The translations under genes were made by a program, and so were the position numbers. The notes beneath the pieces are model-generated. The model saw only the letters and a list, made by a program, of their open reading frames with translations. It was not told where the DNA came from and ran no database searches. Of a DNA stretch of 64,000 nt, positions 11,901 through 26,000 are shown one piece after another; within the stretch, counting starts at the first letter, position 1, and every line of letters begins with the position of its first letter. Origin of the DNA: Ylistrum balloti (Eukaryota); the NCBI RefSeq assembly GCF_031769215.1, contig NW_026781955.1, forward strand, positions 1,116,001 through 1,180,000. The letters are read 5' to 3'.

Positions 11901-14900
11901 AATCTCAAGGTGAGTATTGAATAGAAAATGAAGTACACTGTATATCCAATGGTACATGTTGAGCGTGTCAAACAAGATGTAATTGATTGACAAGATCTTG
12001 TTACATTTAACCGCATTTCAGAAAATAATAGAAAATTGAAAACTGAAATACATGTATTCAGGAATTGACACATGTAAACTGCAGCATTATATGATGCACA
12101 TGTATATATTTTCCGAAGGTATTGACAAACCTTCAGAACCTCTACGGCAACACGACTAAACCTGACGAGCTTGACATTTTCACCGGTGGACTTCTGGAAA
12201 CTACACCGGATGGTCCAGGAGAATTGTTTAAAGCTATAATGCTAGAACAGTTTCTCAGGATCAGACACGGAGATCGCTTTTGGTTCGAGAACACAGACAC
12301 CAGGTAAGTGAAACAAGTGAATGAAGGATTCTGACTAAATGTGTCGACAGAAGCCCATCTTTATCTGTGATTTACAGACCTATATATTGGACAAACAAAG
12401 CTATATAACAAATCATCAAAAGGTTTACAATTTAATCATCAGATTTATAATGAAAGGCTTTAGTTACTAATTCTACAAAAAACGGATACAAGGTCAAATA
12501 TCGTATAAGATACACGATGCTCCATGACTTCAGACAGCTTTTTTTCTAAAGCAATTTCTATGGAAACTAATATAGACATCATTTTGGCTTGATTAGTGAC
12601 ACTTGGTCAAATACTGGTAGATAATATAAGAAGAACTCACAACAAACACTATATTTTCAAATATTTTGTCATCAGATTTCGAAGATTTAGCGACAGCGAA
12701 ATAGATGATATAAAAAAGATCACACTCCGTGATATCATTCTCAACGTAACCGGCGTTCTGGACTCGGAGATATCCAGCAATGTTTTCCTGTTCAATGCAA
12801 GATCAGGTAAGTTAAGAGTGATAGAATTACACGCGGGTAATGTTAGAGACATGGTTTACTCTTACATAATACATAAGCATATTTCGAATTTCAATATTTG
12901 TATTGTGGTTTGAAGCAACACCAATCAGTTGTGGTGTGTTGAATACTTTTTGGGACATTAACTCACAAAATAGGACATCATCATGGAATGATATTTTGAA
13001 AACATGTTTATGGTTCTGTGTCGTCTGTGTCGATTTCATTTCAGTTGTGCTGACATTTTTCAGCTTAACTTTTTTAATAGATACTAATCTTGTCCTCGTA
13101 TCATTACGAGTCTTCCTGTCGTTGACTGTTATGGCCTCATGGAAAAATTGATCTAAAAAAAAAATTTCCTTACAGATCCTTGTCCTCAGCCTGAACCGTT
13201 AGCAGCTGACAGCAATAATCAACGAGATGGGATGTTTGTTATAGAGAACTGTACCACACTCCAACACTATGATTACTTCTATGGGAGTGAAGCTTCCTTT
13301 GCCTTGAGCTTTCTGTTTTTGGGACTCTGTGTTCCTGGTAAGTTTTATTTGGTCATACTTTAAATATTACTTTAATTGGTTTTTCAAAATTTTCATTTTA
13401 TATATCGAAAAGAAAAATTGATGGAGGATTTGTTATCTACGTTGTCAAAATGAACTTTAAACCAGGTTAGATTGTCTAAAATGTATAAAGAGGAACACTT
13501 TATTGAAGGCTACGTACATGTTGAATGCTGTAAAAAGACAGTTTTCCAGAAAACAATCTTTCCCACTTAAACGATGAGGGCGAAAACATTTCCAAAAATG
13601 TCTATGCAGAAGCATCTTGTTTACATTAGTGACTAATGTTTTTTTTCATCAAATTATACCTTCAAATATATTTTTTGTGATAGTGTACAATAAGTGAATA
13701 TTTAACATGTTGTAGAAGTCTTTACGATACATGTGCAGTTTGCAAGATTTGTGACAAAGAAAAACAATGTCCTGATTGTTTAGCGATGCAAGTATTTATT
13801 TGTATACAGGGACGATCGGTATCATGTTATTCATGGTAAAATTACGTCAGAAACGGATCCAAGAGGCCAGGAAGTTAATGGCGCCAAAGCAAAGGGCCAA
13901 AAGTAATGACCCTAACTCATTCGAAGGTAATGATAATGATTAAGAATACTAAATAAACAACTAACTTAGTTACTAACATTTATTTTGCTGCAATTATGAA
14001 ACAATTGATATCAAACGCTTATGTCCGTCCGGATGAAAGGGTACATCGTAACTATGTAAAACTTAAATTCCCGAAGGAAACCGACGTGAAACCTATTAAA
14101 AGTGACTCAAATTGATAAAGATATATATATAAGTTGACGTGAATGCCACGGCGTACCAGACGTGGAGCTGGCACAACTTCCTTGTATGATACCATGATAT
14201 TATGATGTCACCACGGCTCATGTGTTTAACGAATTGTAGGTTAATTCATCGTGAATATAATGTATTCCCTGTTGGAATTTTAATGCGGTAAATAGATAAA
14301 CTGTAACTTTGCTAACATAGATGCAATGAAGGATTCGTTTGAGTATAAACTTGTGATAAATAAGATTGGCGAATTACCCTCCCTCAGATACTTTAAATGA
14401 CGATTTCCGGTCAGTAGTGGTTTCTCTCGTTATAATAACAATAATCACATTCTTGGTTATCTCAGATAGCCAGGTGTTTCTTCCCCTGTGTTGCCATCTT
14501 TCCTCGTCAATGCCATTAACATCGAGATACATTTGTATTTGTCATTTTGAAGACCTTTCATAATACTCTACTTTTCTGATGGAATTATATTTTGTATTTT
14601 GTCTAACTGGTGCTGACTATCAGCGACTGCAATTTTGACATTATCTTGGTTGTCTTTACGAAATCCTTGTGGTCTTGTCCTATTAAACCTACTGCAAAGT
14701 ATTCTCTAAACGAAGCTGGTGGCAATGGTAGACTCACAAGTCCACAGGAATACCATGCTGAAGTCCATTGCAAAATATTCTGGTCAGTAAAGAATTATGA
14801 AAATGAGTGAAAACTGTAACTACAATTAATTGCTTTTGACACATATGCAAAATATAGAATCATTCATAGCCTTCGCTCTGTTGTAGATTATATAAGACAT

Positions 14901-17900
14901 TGTTTATAAAAGGAAAATTTAAATCGTGATTTTAAATACAGAAGAATATCGTGTTTATTAAGTGACATGCTATGTTTACAATGTATATATAATGATACAT
15001 TGTTTATGGAATTGATCTGCTGTGAATGTTTATATAATTTTTATGGAATGGTTTACCAATTGTATACCGTGTTCATTGGAATGTAGCGTGTGTAGAAATT
15101 ATGATTTCTATATTAACATTTAACAAGTTCTGTTTTAAAAGATCCATCTATTACATCATGAAATGCCTACAAACGATTGCTTTCTTAATTGAATATGACT
15201 GCTGGTAAACAAACAATCACATTTGTTCGTGAGATAATCATATTCTTATTTCGCTAATATCAACTTGAACTGATATGATATTTTAATTGTTTTTGCCAAA
15301 TTAAAAAAAAAAAACTATTTATTATTATTAAATTATTTGATTTGTTTCGAATTACTCATATACATTTATGAACTCCGTAAGTCCGTAATTTTGACCACTG
15401 AGGACTTTCCCCTTGGTCATGAGGTAAAAAAAGACCGACTTCGGAATAAAATGATAATCGTTTTACATACACTGTTTTTAGGACCTGATTCGCATTGTTA
15501 TTGAATTCCTACCGTGAACCCTTTATGATTTTAATTATTGATTTTAATGTATCACATATTGTATTCCATATATATGTTAAATATAAATGTTACTGATTTA
15601 AACAAATTAACAGATGGGCGTAGTTATGTCGAGACAGTCCCAAATACCAGACAGATGAGGATAGATGATTGATTACGGTTGACATAAAATGATTTCTTGG
15701 TGAGGTTTTGAACAATATTTCACAACTATGACTTTACACACCAAGATACATTCTTAATAACAAATGAATGTTGTGCTGTCACACATGTAATGTATTAAAT
15801 CGGAATTACTTCTAAAGGCCGCGGTGGCCGAGGGGTTAAAGAGAAAGACCGTATTTATCACTAGCCCTCCACCTCTGGGTCTCAAGTCCAAGTTCTTCGT
15901 GGGGCAATCGCAAGGTCTTGGCCGTAAGTCGGCAGTTTTTTCCCCAGAAACGCCGGCTTTCATCCGCCACTTAAACCTAGCTCATCCTTAAATGGCTGTT
16001 AGGATGTAAAGCAACAAAAAACCTTAGATATACGATATTTTCAGTGCCTTAAGTGCTGTTTGTTTGTTTGTTCACAGTTATTGAATGGATGGGGCCAACA
16101 ATGGGAGACAGAAGAGTCAAAGTCAAGTTCGACAGTGAACGGAAAAAAATACATGTTACTGATACCAGGAGGAAGCCGCTTCGTATGCTGGATCTCCGTA
16201 AAATATCCGGAAAGATTCATTTCCGAGTTTCCCGTGACAGACAAAAAAATATCATGTCTGTCCGATTTCCTAATGAAATCGATTTGGTAGGGATTTCCTA
16301 GTGACATTTGATAAAAAAATTACTTTATTTTTGTCTAAATCGAAGTGCGTCTCATTTCTTTCAATTCGAAATCGTGTCACCAATATACATACATATAGTT
16401 TGATAGATCATTGCTTGCTTAAATGCTCCGTTCGATAACAATTCATTCCTGTTTTGGAATTCATGTTTATTTTTTAAACGTACGAGATAAACACTTTCAC
16501 ACAGCTCTTGTTACGTATCTTTTTACTTTGTCAAACAACTGGATCATGATTTATTGTAATAAAGTACTAAACAGTCAATAAATATTTCTACTATTCTTCA
16601 CTCAGATATGCTATACTTTCAGAATGTCAAATCTTCGAAAACCATTTTAGTTGGTATTTATTAAAATTGTTTTCTACAGGTTTTACGCTTTCTGGATGAA
16701 GAAGAACGCAACTCATTCATCAATCAGTTAGATGCCTTTCTTCTGGAGATGGGCGTCAATAGGGAGAGACATGAACTCGAAGAGAAAAGCGTCATTGATT
16801 TAGCTGAGACAAAGGAAGAAAGGCAGAAAATTCTCGATACGTTCTTTCGCGTAATATGTGTGCAGGTAAGTAACACGTGACCCATAATTACTGATTATAA
16901 AGTTAATGTATGTATTGAAGAATAACTACTAGGGATTCAAATAATGGATATGATTTCTCTTACCCTGGGTAGGAATATCAACACATTAGTGGTATAAATT
17001 TTCTTTGTCTCATCTCAGGATTGAGACGGGGGATTCTCTTATGACATCACATAAATAATGCATAGCTTTAGATAATACATATACAAGAAAGCTAACGGCA
17101 TAAGAGAAATAATTATCCAAGACCTTGATGAGATATGGAAGCTCAACCATCGGGTCATGATTATTAAGTTGTAAACACTTGGCAAGCACTACCATATGTT
17201 GGCAATTTACCAACATTCGCCTTCGAGTTGAGTTCTCTCTATCTCATCACCAAGGGGATTATAGATTCAACCAATCAAGTAGATCGTTGCTTTAAAAAAA
17301 CACAGGTGTGCAATACGAATTCAAAACAGAAAAATGTCATAGAAATTGATAATGTATTAGTAACCAATGACAGTAAAAAGAGGAATCCTATCACGGTATA
17401 TATAATGGAAACATAATAACTCTTGAATAGTTAGTTAAAATGTATTTTGATTCAATTAAAAAAGAACAAGTGTACCGGAAATTTTTAAAGAGGATACGTA
17501 TCAACTCTCGATATCTTATATAATATCTGTCTGCCAGCAACAATATATTATATAATGATATAATTCAATTAATGCTTTTTAGTCTATTTACACTTTTTAT
17601 TATCAAATATTTTTATCATATCTGAAATTTCTCAAGTAAATTAATCATCAGAAAACTCTTATTCATAGAACATCGCTAATACCGGAAAAATGGAACGCAT
17701 TCTGCTGTAATTATTCACTTTCTTTTACTATAATGATAATCACACTGACAAGGAGATCTTAGTAATTCAAGGGGTACCTCCATATTTCCTTTTCTTTCGA
17801 AAGGCATTTGACCGGACACCAGGACAGATGAATATTGCTAACTTAAGCGGGGACGATATCAACAAGGTGCAGAAAATACAGCTGACCAGAACAGAATTCG

Positions 17901-20900
17901 CTGAGGCTCTTGGGTTAAAGCCTACCTCTGTGTTTGTACGGAATATGTTTCTATTGGTGGATGCCGATAACAGCGGAACTGTCAGCTTTCAGGAGTTCCT
18001 CGATATGTTTGTCGTGATGTCATCTGGTAGGTATTAGCAACAGCGTTATCTATGTATAAAAGTAATTACATGATGAACCAAAGTAGATTTTAGTATCATT
18101 TTTTTTTTGTTTCATATAACGTCAAAGGATGATATTATTTTCTCACTACATGTACAGTAGCTTACAACAAAACGTCTTGTACTGTTTCTGAACTTACTAA
18201 AATCTCACAATATTGATTTACTCCGGTGATTATTGCTTTTAGAAAAAAAATGTGCTACAACGAATTCGTATTTTCTATTTGGCTGTTATCTTGTCTCATT
18301 GGGTCAGGAAAAACAAATTATTTTAAATGTTAAAAATACGACAATCTTGTACACCTAGGCGATGCCGATGACAAAGCAATGCTCATGTTTAACATGTATG
18401 ATCTACGAAGGAGAGGATACCTGACAAGGGCAGAATTCTTGAAAATGATCAAGTAAGAAATGCGAATTAGCTTTATACTGCTATACCGCTATAATGGTTT
18501 TCGAAAGTTGCCTGTTTTAATCACAAACCAAAGCATGACATATAACAGAACTTTCGTAAAGAGAAAGAATTTGACATTTTTTCCTATTTTGTTGGCCAAT
18601 ATATACTTGAGGACAATAGCCCTGTGGGTTCAATTCTCAGAAATAAACATCCTTTTCTGGATGAATGAGGTTCATATTCTGCATAGGAATGAATATAAAC
18701 CTGGTATTATTTTCGGGATTGCCTCCTCCATTGTTTCCGAGATCGATATGCTCTCATTTAATTGAAAAAAGACGTTTTCCATTATATTTCCTATACCTGC
18801 TGTGTTGTCTAATAATTCTTTGTACGTGCATTGACGATGCAATGAGTCCGATGACCTTGTGTATGTCATTATTTTTTTTTTTTATTTCTTCCCCAGGTCT
18901 CTATTGGACCTATCCGACCAGTCGATCGACGATGGCGAGATAAACACACTTATTGACACCATGTTTCAGACAGCTGGCATCTCAAGCGATCAGAACATCG
19001 ACCTGGCTGCTTTCAAGCGTATCTTTGCCTCAGAAGAACATAAACATACACTGGAGAACGCCAGTCTCGGGATAGGAAGTACGAACAATTACTGTTGATT
19101 GTCTGAATGATACACTACTGTAAAATCATTAATTTTCGTGGGTGATTCATTTTCGTGGAATTCTAAGGGTACCTGAGATCCATGAATTTATATGCCCACG
19201 AAATTTGTTAGCAAGGTTAATCCACGAAAACAAGTACCAACGAATATGTGTATTTTTGTAAAACCAAAAACTTTGAGCCCGCGGGAATATATTATTTTAC
19301 TATGTTTAGTATGGTATCACACATAAACGTTATCTTTCGTGATTTATAAATTTTCTTTTAAAGTTTTGATTAGTCTGCAATAAATATTAAATGAACATAC
19401 TTAAAAAAAAAATTTGTTTGTTTGCATCGGTTGACTTAATATACACCGTATCATTTCCATCTTCAGATTTTACACCAAGATATATTTTATAACTTCTTTC
19501 AATTTTTTCTCCTTGACTAGTATTAATATTCATCTAAATAGATTATTATTTGAACTTTTTAATCACTTGTCATCATCACCGTTTATCTAGATTTTATATC
19601 TTGTTTCAATGTTTCCTTCTTAGCCATTTTGTTTGGTGATATAGTTTTATCTAGATAAATTTGCTGTCTTATTCCACTTTTCCCTATTAATTGTTTTACA
19701 TCCGAAATGGAACATGACATAAATCAGGTACATTGTCATGGTATACATGTGTAAATTATTGAGAGCTTTTTGCTATATTTGCAAAGATGTCCTGGCTATG
19801 TGATACATAACACATTTAATCAGTAAATAATTGCCTTCGATACTATCAACTTTTTGTTTCTTTCAAATGTTTTGAAATGACTCTAATAGTATCTGTTTTG
19901 TATGATTTACATAAAACCCAATAGTGTTATCATATTTTCTATACCATCGAATGTTTGTTTTTCCAGCAATCGAAAAACCGCGAACAGCAGCCAAAGGGAA
20001 ACGACACGACCACAGGAAGACTTTCTTACAAAGCTACAAGTAAGTAATTTGCATTTTAAGTAAAACTCATATCCACACGAATGGTATTCATGCACTGTTA
20101 ATCATTATTCAACCACGAGAAACCAAAGCCTTGCTTTAAACCGCTACACTTTTGTTTGTACAAAAGAAACACGAGCAAATGGCTACTTTTATAGCAAATT
20201 TATAATTAGATACAGTAGAGCTAAATTATTATTTATAAACCGCATCTTACCGTTGTTTCGTTCTTCTAGGACTCGTCAGTGTTGAGATGGGCCTAAATTT
20301 TGAAGCCTAGGGCTCGGCTGAAGAAAATTCAATGTGAATGAAAGCCATATCAAAGTCTAAATGGGAAGGTGCACTGATACGTTTTTTTAATAATGTCAAG
20401 TACATATGAAACAGCAGTGATCTTAATGTAAGGACGGGTTTCTGGACACCTATCATACCTGAATGGTTGTATGGTTTTGAAATTATTTAATACGATATAA
20501 GCAGAACCAGTATTATTTGGTTTTATGGTAATCTGAATATCTCTCATGTAAGTACCACACAAATAGCTTCCGGAGTACATCTCGAGTACGGTTTGATGTA
20601 AGTACAGTTTAGCAGTAACTTATACACGGAAAATATGTGTCTGCTGTTCATCAAAAATGCTACAACAAAATACATGTTTGTGGTGTCTGCTTCAGTTGCG
20701 ATTGATTACTAAATATTTAAAACATGAGGATTCGGTGCGTTGCGTTCCAAAATGGAGTCATTGTCTGGAAACACTAAAAAACTTATTACATATGGACTAA
20801 GATACATTATGAGAGGGTATTGTCTATATATGAAAACATATTTCGGAGTGCAAAATTAGCTATATAGCCCATGCTCCAAACTAACTTTGTCATCTAAAGA

Positions 20901-23043
20901 ATGGGCTTCAATTGTAAATATTTACATTTCATAATAAACATGAAAGTTTTTTTGTTCTTTTTCAAAACAATGTATTGTCTGGCATCATTTCGATGTTTTC
21001 TACACTTCTCATGTACCTTTAGGCATTTACAATGTATCTATTTTAGCAATAACCGAGTCATGAGGTTTGGTACTGATTATACTGACTACCGAGTAAGTAC
21101 ATGTGTTTCACACAGGGGTTAATTGCAATTACTATGATGTAATTTTTTCAGAATGGGAAGGAACGCTCAAAATAACGGGTAAGAATTGGCGCGGACCAAT
21201 CTAAATTACTTTACCGGCGTGTTGTGATTTGTTTTAATTAATTGGTTTCAGGGTTCTTTATTAAAAATGATCGCAACATGAAACTTACAAAATACAATAA
21301 AAATTATCTGTTTTCAACGTATTAAAATGTATCAACCATTCAGCACAGTTAGAAAAATACATCATTTATAACATTGTGAAATCATTACAAAAAAAAGTTT
21401 ATATTTTATACCATACTTGCATAAAGTAAATAACATGACACAATTTCCGAGACAATATTTAGACATATTTTAACCTCCGCTTGCTGGTATTTTAAAGATG
21501 TACTGGTGATCATTAAAAATCTCGAAAACATCTAACAATTGTCTGATATTTCCTGCTTTGTACAGTAAATATATATCACATGGATACAATATTCTACAAC
21601 TACGTCGACAACCGTTCACGCAGTATCAGTATACAACAGGATATGCATTATCTCTTACTACTCTATATGTGGGCAGTGAATTTTTGGAATAAGGCATCAA
21701 ATATTTCAAATCATGATCAACTCAACTCATGTAATTCCGACAAGAGTGACAGACGTGATCAGGCCTGATGACCAACATAGCTGTGCAGCTAAATACCTCC
21801 CACATTCAAATGATTAATGTTCTGTCTGTTTTATGCCACAGATGACTTACTTCATACTAAAGAATGCTTGCGTCCTTTCATTTACTTTTCTCACTCTCTT
21901 TCATTTCTTTTTTGCTTGACTGGATCTCGCACAAAAAAGCTTAAAAATAATAAGGAAGATAACCTAAAGAAATCACAGAACTAGAAAATAATCCTGACCA
22001 GTCTCATCTTAACAGCTAAATGAATAAACCAAGGTGAAAACCAACAAAATATTTTGTGAGTTAGAATCGAGGAATTTTACCAATAAAATTACATCAAAAA
22101 TAATTACCGAGAACTATATCTGACCAATGGGATTTTTTTTAAAGAAACTGAAAAATGCTATGAGAAATTATTTAGAAAAAAAATCCGATCATCAGGATTG
22201 TAGTTTAGAGAAGTACCAAAGTTATCTCCATTTGATTATGAAATGCTAGAGGGACCTATCACATATTCTGAAATGGTAGCAACCACAAAAATGAAAAACA
22301 AAGTTCCAGTTCAGATGGTTATACTGTTTTTCATTTTTTTACCGAATGACTAGAGAGACTCAATGTGATATACAGTAGGGATATACTAAATTTAACTTAT
22401 TAGGTATTGACTATGATGTTGACTTACACAGAATAACTAGAATAAACTTTGACAATACAGCTTTGATAATAAAATTAAAAGTTTTGATTAAATCATGGAG
22501 TAGAGGAATTTTCACCTCTATAGGCAAAATAACTATTATAAAAACGTTACTTATCTCTCAATTAAATCATGTATAGCCCTTCCCAATCCAGATGATAACT
22601 ACATTATAACTATCAATACTTTACAATATGAATTCCTATGGAAAGTAAAACCTGATAGAATTAAAAGAGAAGTTCTTAGTTTTGAGGAATTTAGGCAAAA
22701 AATATTACGTAAAGATAGAATTTCTCACATTCCATGGCCTAAAAAGTTCAATAAAAACTTTGGTACTGAAAATCAATTTTCTTCCATTTCCACAACTCAA
22801 AATAATCTTCAAAGTATACGTATAAACTTATAATTATTGTTAAAAAGTCCTAAGGGGATGGGTGATATAAATATGGTCCTCACCAGAAATAAAAGCAAAA
22901 ATTACGTATCTGTTCAAAAATCATGCTTATTGTGACACACTTTAAAACGGAGTGTCGAAAATATACAATCGTAGCCTAGAAGAACCTGACAGACGTAAAC
23001 AAGTGCGAACGAAAGAGCTAGATGTGCTGTTTGCCATCTTTCT

Positions 23044-23091
<48 letters not shown>

Positions 23092-26000
23092 TTTTAAATA
23101 GATTTTTTTTCATCTCGTGTAATTGAATGTTATTGTGTAGTTACTGTGGTTGGTTTTCACTATTTCAGATTTCAGGTAAGTAGCCATTCTCCTTTCCTTC
23201 ACTTTCGATTTCTTTCGAAGTCGACTTCGCGTGGATTCAACATCTCACTTACCACATGTTTTTAATTGATATCATGAAGAATACTTTCATTGTGTTTATG
23301 AATTTGCAAGTTTAAAAATAATATCCTGTTAGTACCGTGCGTATTGTCTTTTCTTATAATTTTGTATTCTTTTCTTTGCATTGGAACTGTAAAAAATGCC
23401 TTACAATTGCATTGGAACTGTTAAAAATGCCTTACAATACAATTTTCCTGACTGCTTTCAGCGACATTCATATACAGTATTACTATGTAAATGTCTGCTA
23501 ATAATAGATAGTATCGCTATTTAATATAAGCATTGCTTAACTGGAAGCTTTACATCAGTTAAAATAATCGAACTTAAGTTGTGAAAAGTCGCCAATTGGT
23601 GAAGCCTTTATAGTAAAACGCATTGTTTGTATACTTTTTCTTTGTCACAATGATTATATATTTCTGTGGATGGCAAAATGTTGTGGATCGTCTTTTGTAT
23701 GCATTGCTCATTTTGTTATATTTAACCATACCGTTGAAAGTTTAGCTGCTCTTCACACCACTTATTTACTTTCCATTTCAGTAACTAATATAAGTCTATC
23801 AGTTATAGCGGGCTCATCAAAAAATAGGAAATCATATCCATAGTAATAGAATTATTGACATTTTAATTGATTCCGGCAACTTACTCATTTGAAAAGGACA
23901 GTTATTAAATGACATCTGTTAATTATCATTCTCGTAAGATAACTGAGATAAAAGATGTTTATAAGAAACGATATTGTCTGTTTTATAGATCTGGACCGTT
24001 GTCGCGTACAAAATCCATGGTGAGAGTGAAAACAGTCGAAAAGGAAATACCACCTACACGAACCAAGCAGAAGCTGAACGAAATCATACGCTATATTGAG
24101 AACTACAAACGTCAGATCTTCTGGGTGACATTATACACTCTGGTCTTAATCGGGGTCTTTGGAGAGAGAGCGTACTGTAAGTTTCGGTTGACACAAATTC
24201 ATTCATAATTACGGATGTTGATCAGTCAAGAAATTTTCATTTATCTACTCGGAAATCGTATAAAAAGTATGATGCAAATGGAATATTTGTCGTAATGTTT
24301 CCATGATTTTAAATATTTTTTCAGTTTTCATAATCTTAAAATGTCATTCTTCAATTTTTTAAGTAACAAATAATTTATGGTGATATATTATCGTTTTTCT
24401 GGCAGACTACTCGGTGGAACGAGAGCATGGTGGTCTTAGACGTATAGCCGGATATGGCGTCACGGTAACACGTGGTGCAGCTAGTGCCATGATGTTCACG
24501 TATTCGAGCTTACTGGTGACCATGAGCAGGAATGTGATCACCTTTTTGAGAGAGACCTTCCTACACACTTACATACCATTTGATTCTGCTGTCGACTTCC
24601 ATAAGCTCATTGCAGCCTATGCGCTGTTTTTTACAGGTTTGTAAGCTACAAATATTTTCCTGATTTTTGGCGTTAGACACTTTCTGTTTTCAGTCGTGAA
24701 TTCATGGAGATCCCCTCATTTAGATGACTACTCAAACTCTAATATGATTTTATTGACATTTCTAATTTTGACGTGGTGTTTTACATTCAAATTGAAACGT
24801 CAGATTTTAAATCATGATAGCGGTGTTCCCTCTTGCTGATAAAAATCAAGAAATTCCCTTTTTTAAAATCAAGCACCGTCGCGAATTTCACACCATATTC
24901 GTGATAAGCAGACAATTTGTATCATAAATAATAACACATAGATTATACATTGCTATTTTAGAATTGTCAATACGTGCTACATATTTTTCAATGTTTGCAT
25001 TAAAAAACTGTCATGGTATTCGAGACGTATCTTTCGATTGATTTAACTTAAAGTATGGATATTCCATCAACCTAACGAGAATTGGTATTATAGGTATTGT
25101 AAAAAGACACAAATTCAATATTAGATAGAGTATGTGATGTATCATTTCAGTGATGCATTGTGTTGGACACGGTTTAAACCTTTACCACATCAGTACTCAG
25201 GCGTCAACAGACCTCAACTGTGTTTTCCGCGAGTACTTCAGAGCGTAAGTACACTGTGCTCTATTTGATCATTCATTAATCCAAAGTTGTATTCTACATC
25301 TTCCCTTTAATGATTTCGTATTTTTTTGTTACATCCTATCACTCCACTGGTGCTATTTGCGGTGGAAGAATTATCACTATTTCCGGTTACCACGGAAACT
25401 GATAAGAAACAAATGTGCAAATATACAAATTTCACAGTTTTCGGGGCATTACAAGAAGAATGACGTGAAACCTTAAACACTTTGATACTGATACATCATA
25501 GGCTTTTCAATTTTATTGGTTAGTCTCTTTTTACACGTCTTAATAAAATTTGTATCAAGGGTTATGTAATAATTGTTTTGAATGGTACCACACCATACTT
25601 AAAAATGTCAACGGTAGAAGATAATATATATCAAAATATCAGTAACAGTATTTTATGTTATATGATTGTATATCTTTCTTTAAAACAGCAAGGCGCGGGA
25701 ATAATGTCACATTTTGCGTTATCGTGTTATAAATTCATAATCAATTTGATTATGCTGTTTTAAGCAATTTCACTTTTTATTGTTTCAGAACTGACATTCT
25801 TGCTTCATTTCATTATTGGGCCTACGAAACTATCACTGGTAAATATAAAACCGCTTTGAATTTCGAATGGTTTTAACTAAATTGTCTTTTTTCTTCTTCA
25901 AGTACTTTTGAGTATTGTTAGTTACCCCTTTGCTAAGTGTAAAATGCTTATTTAACATAATGTACTGACATCTTCCGTTAACTTTTTACCAGATATTGTC

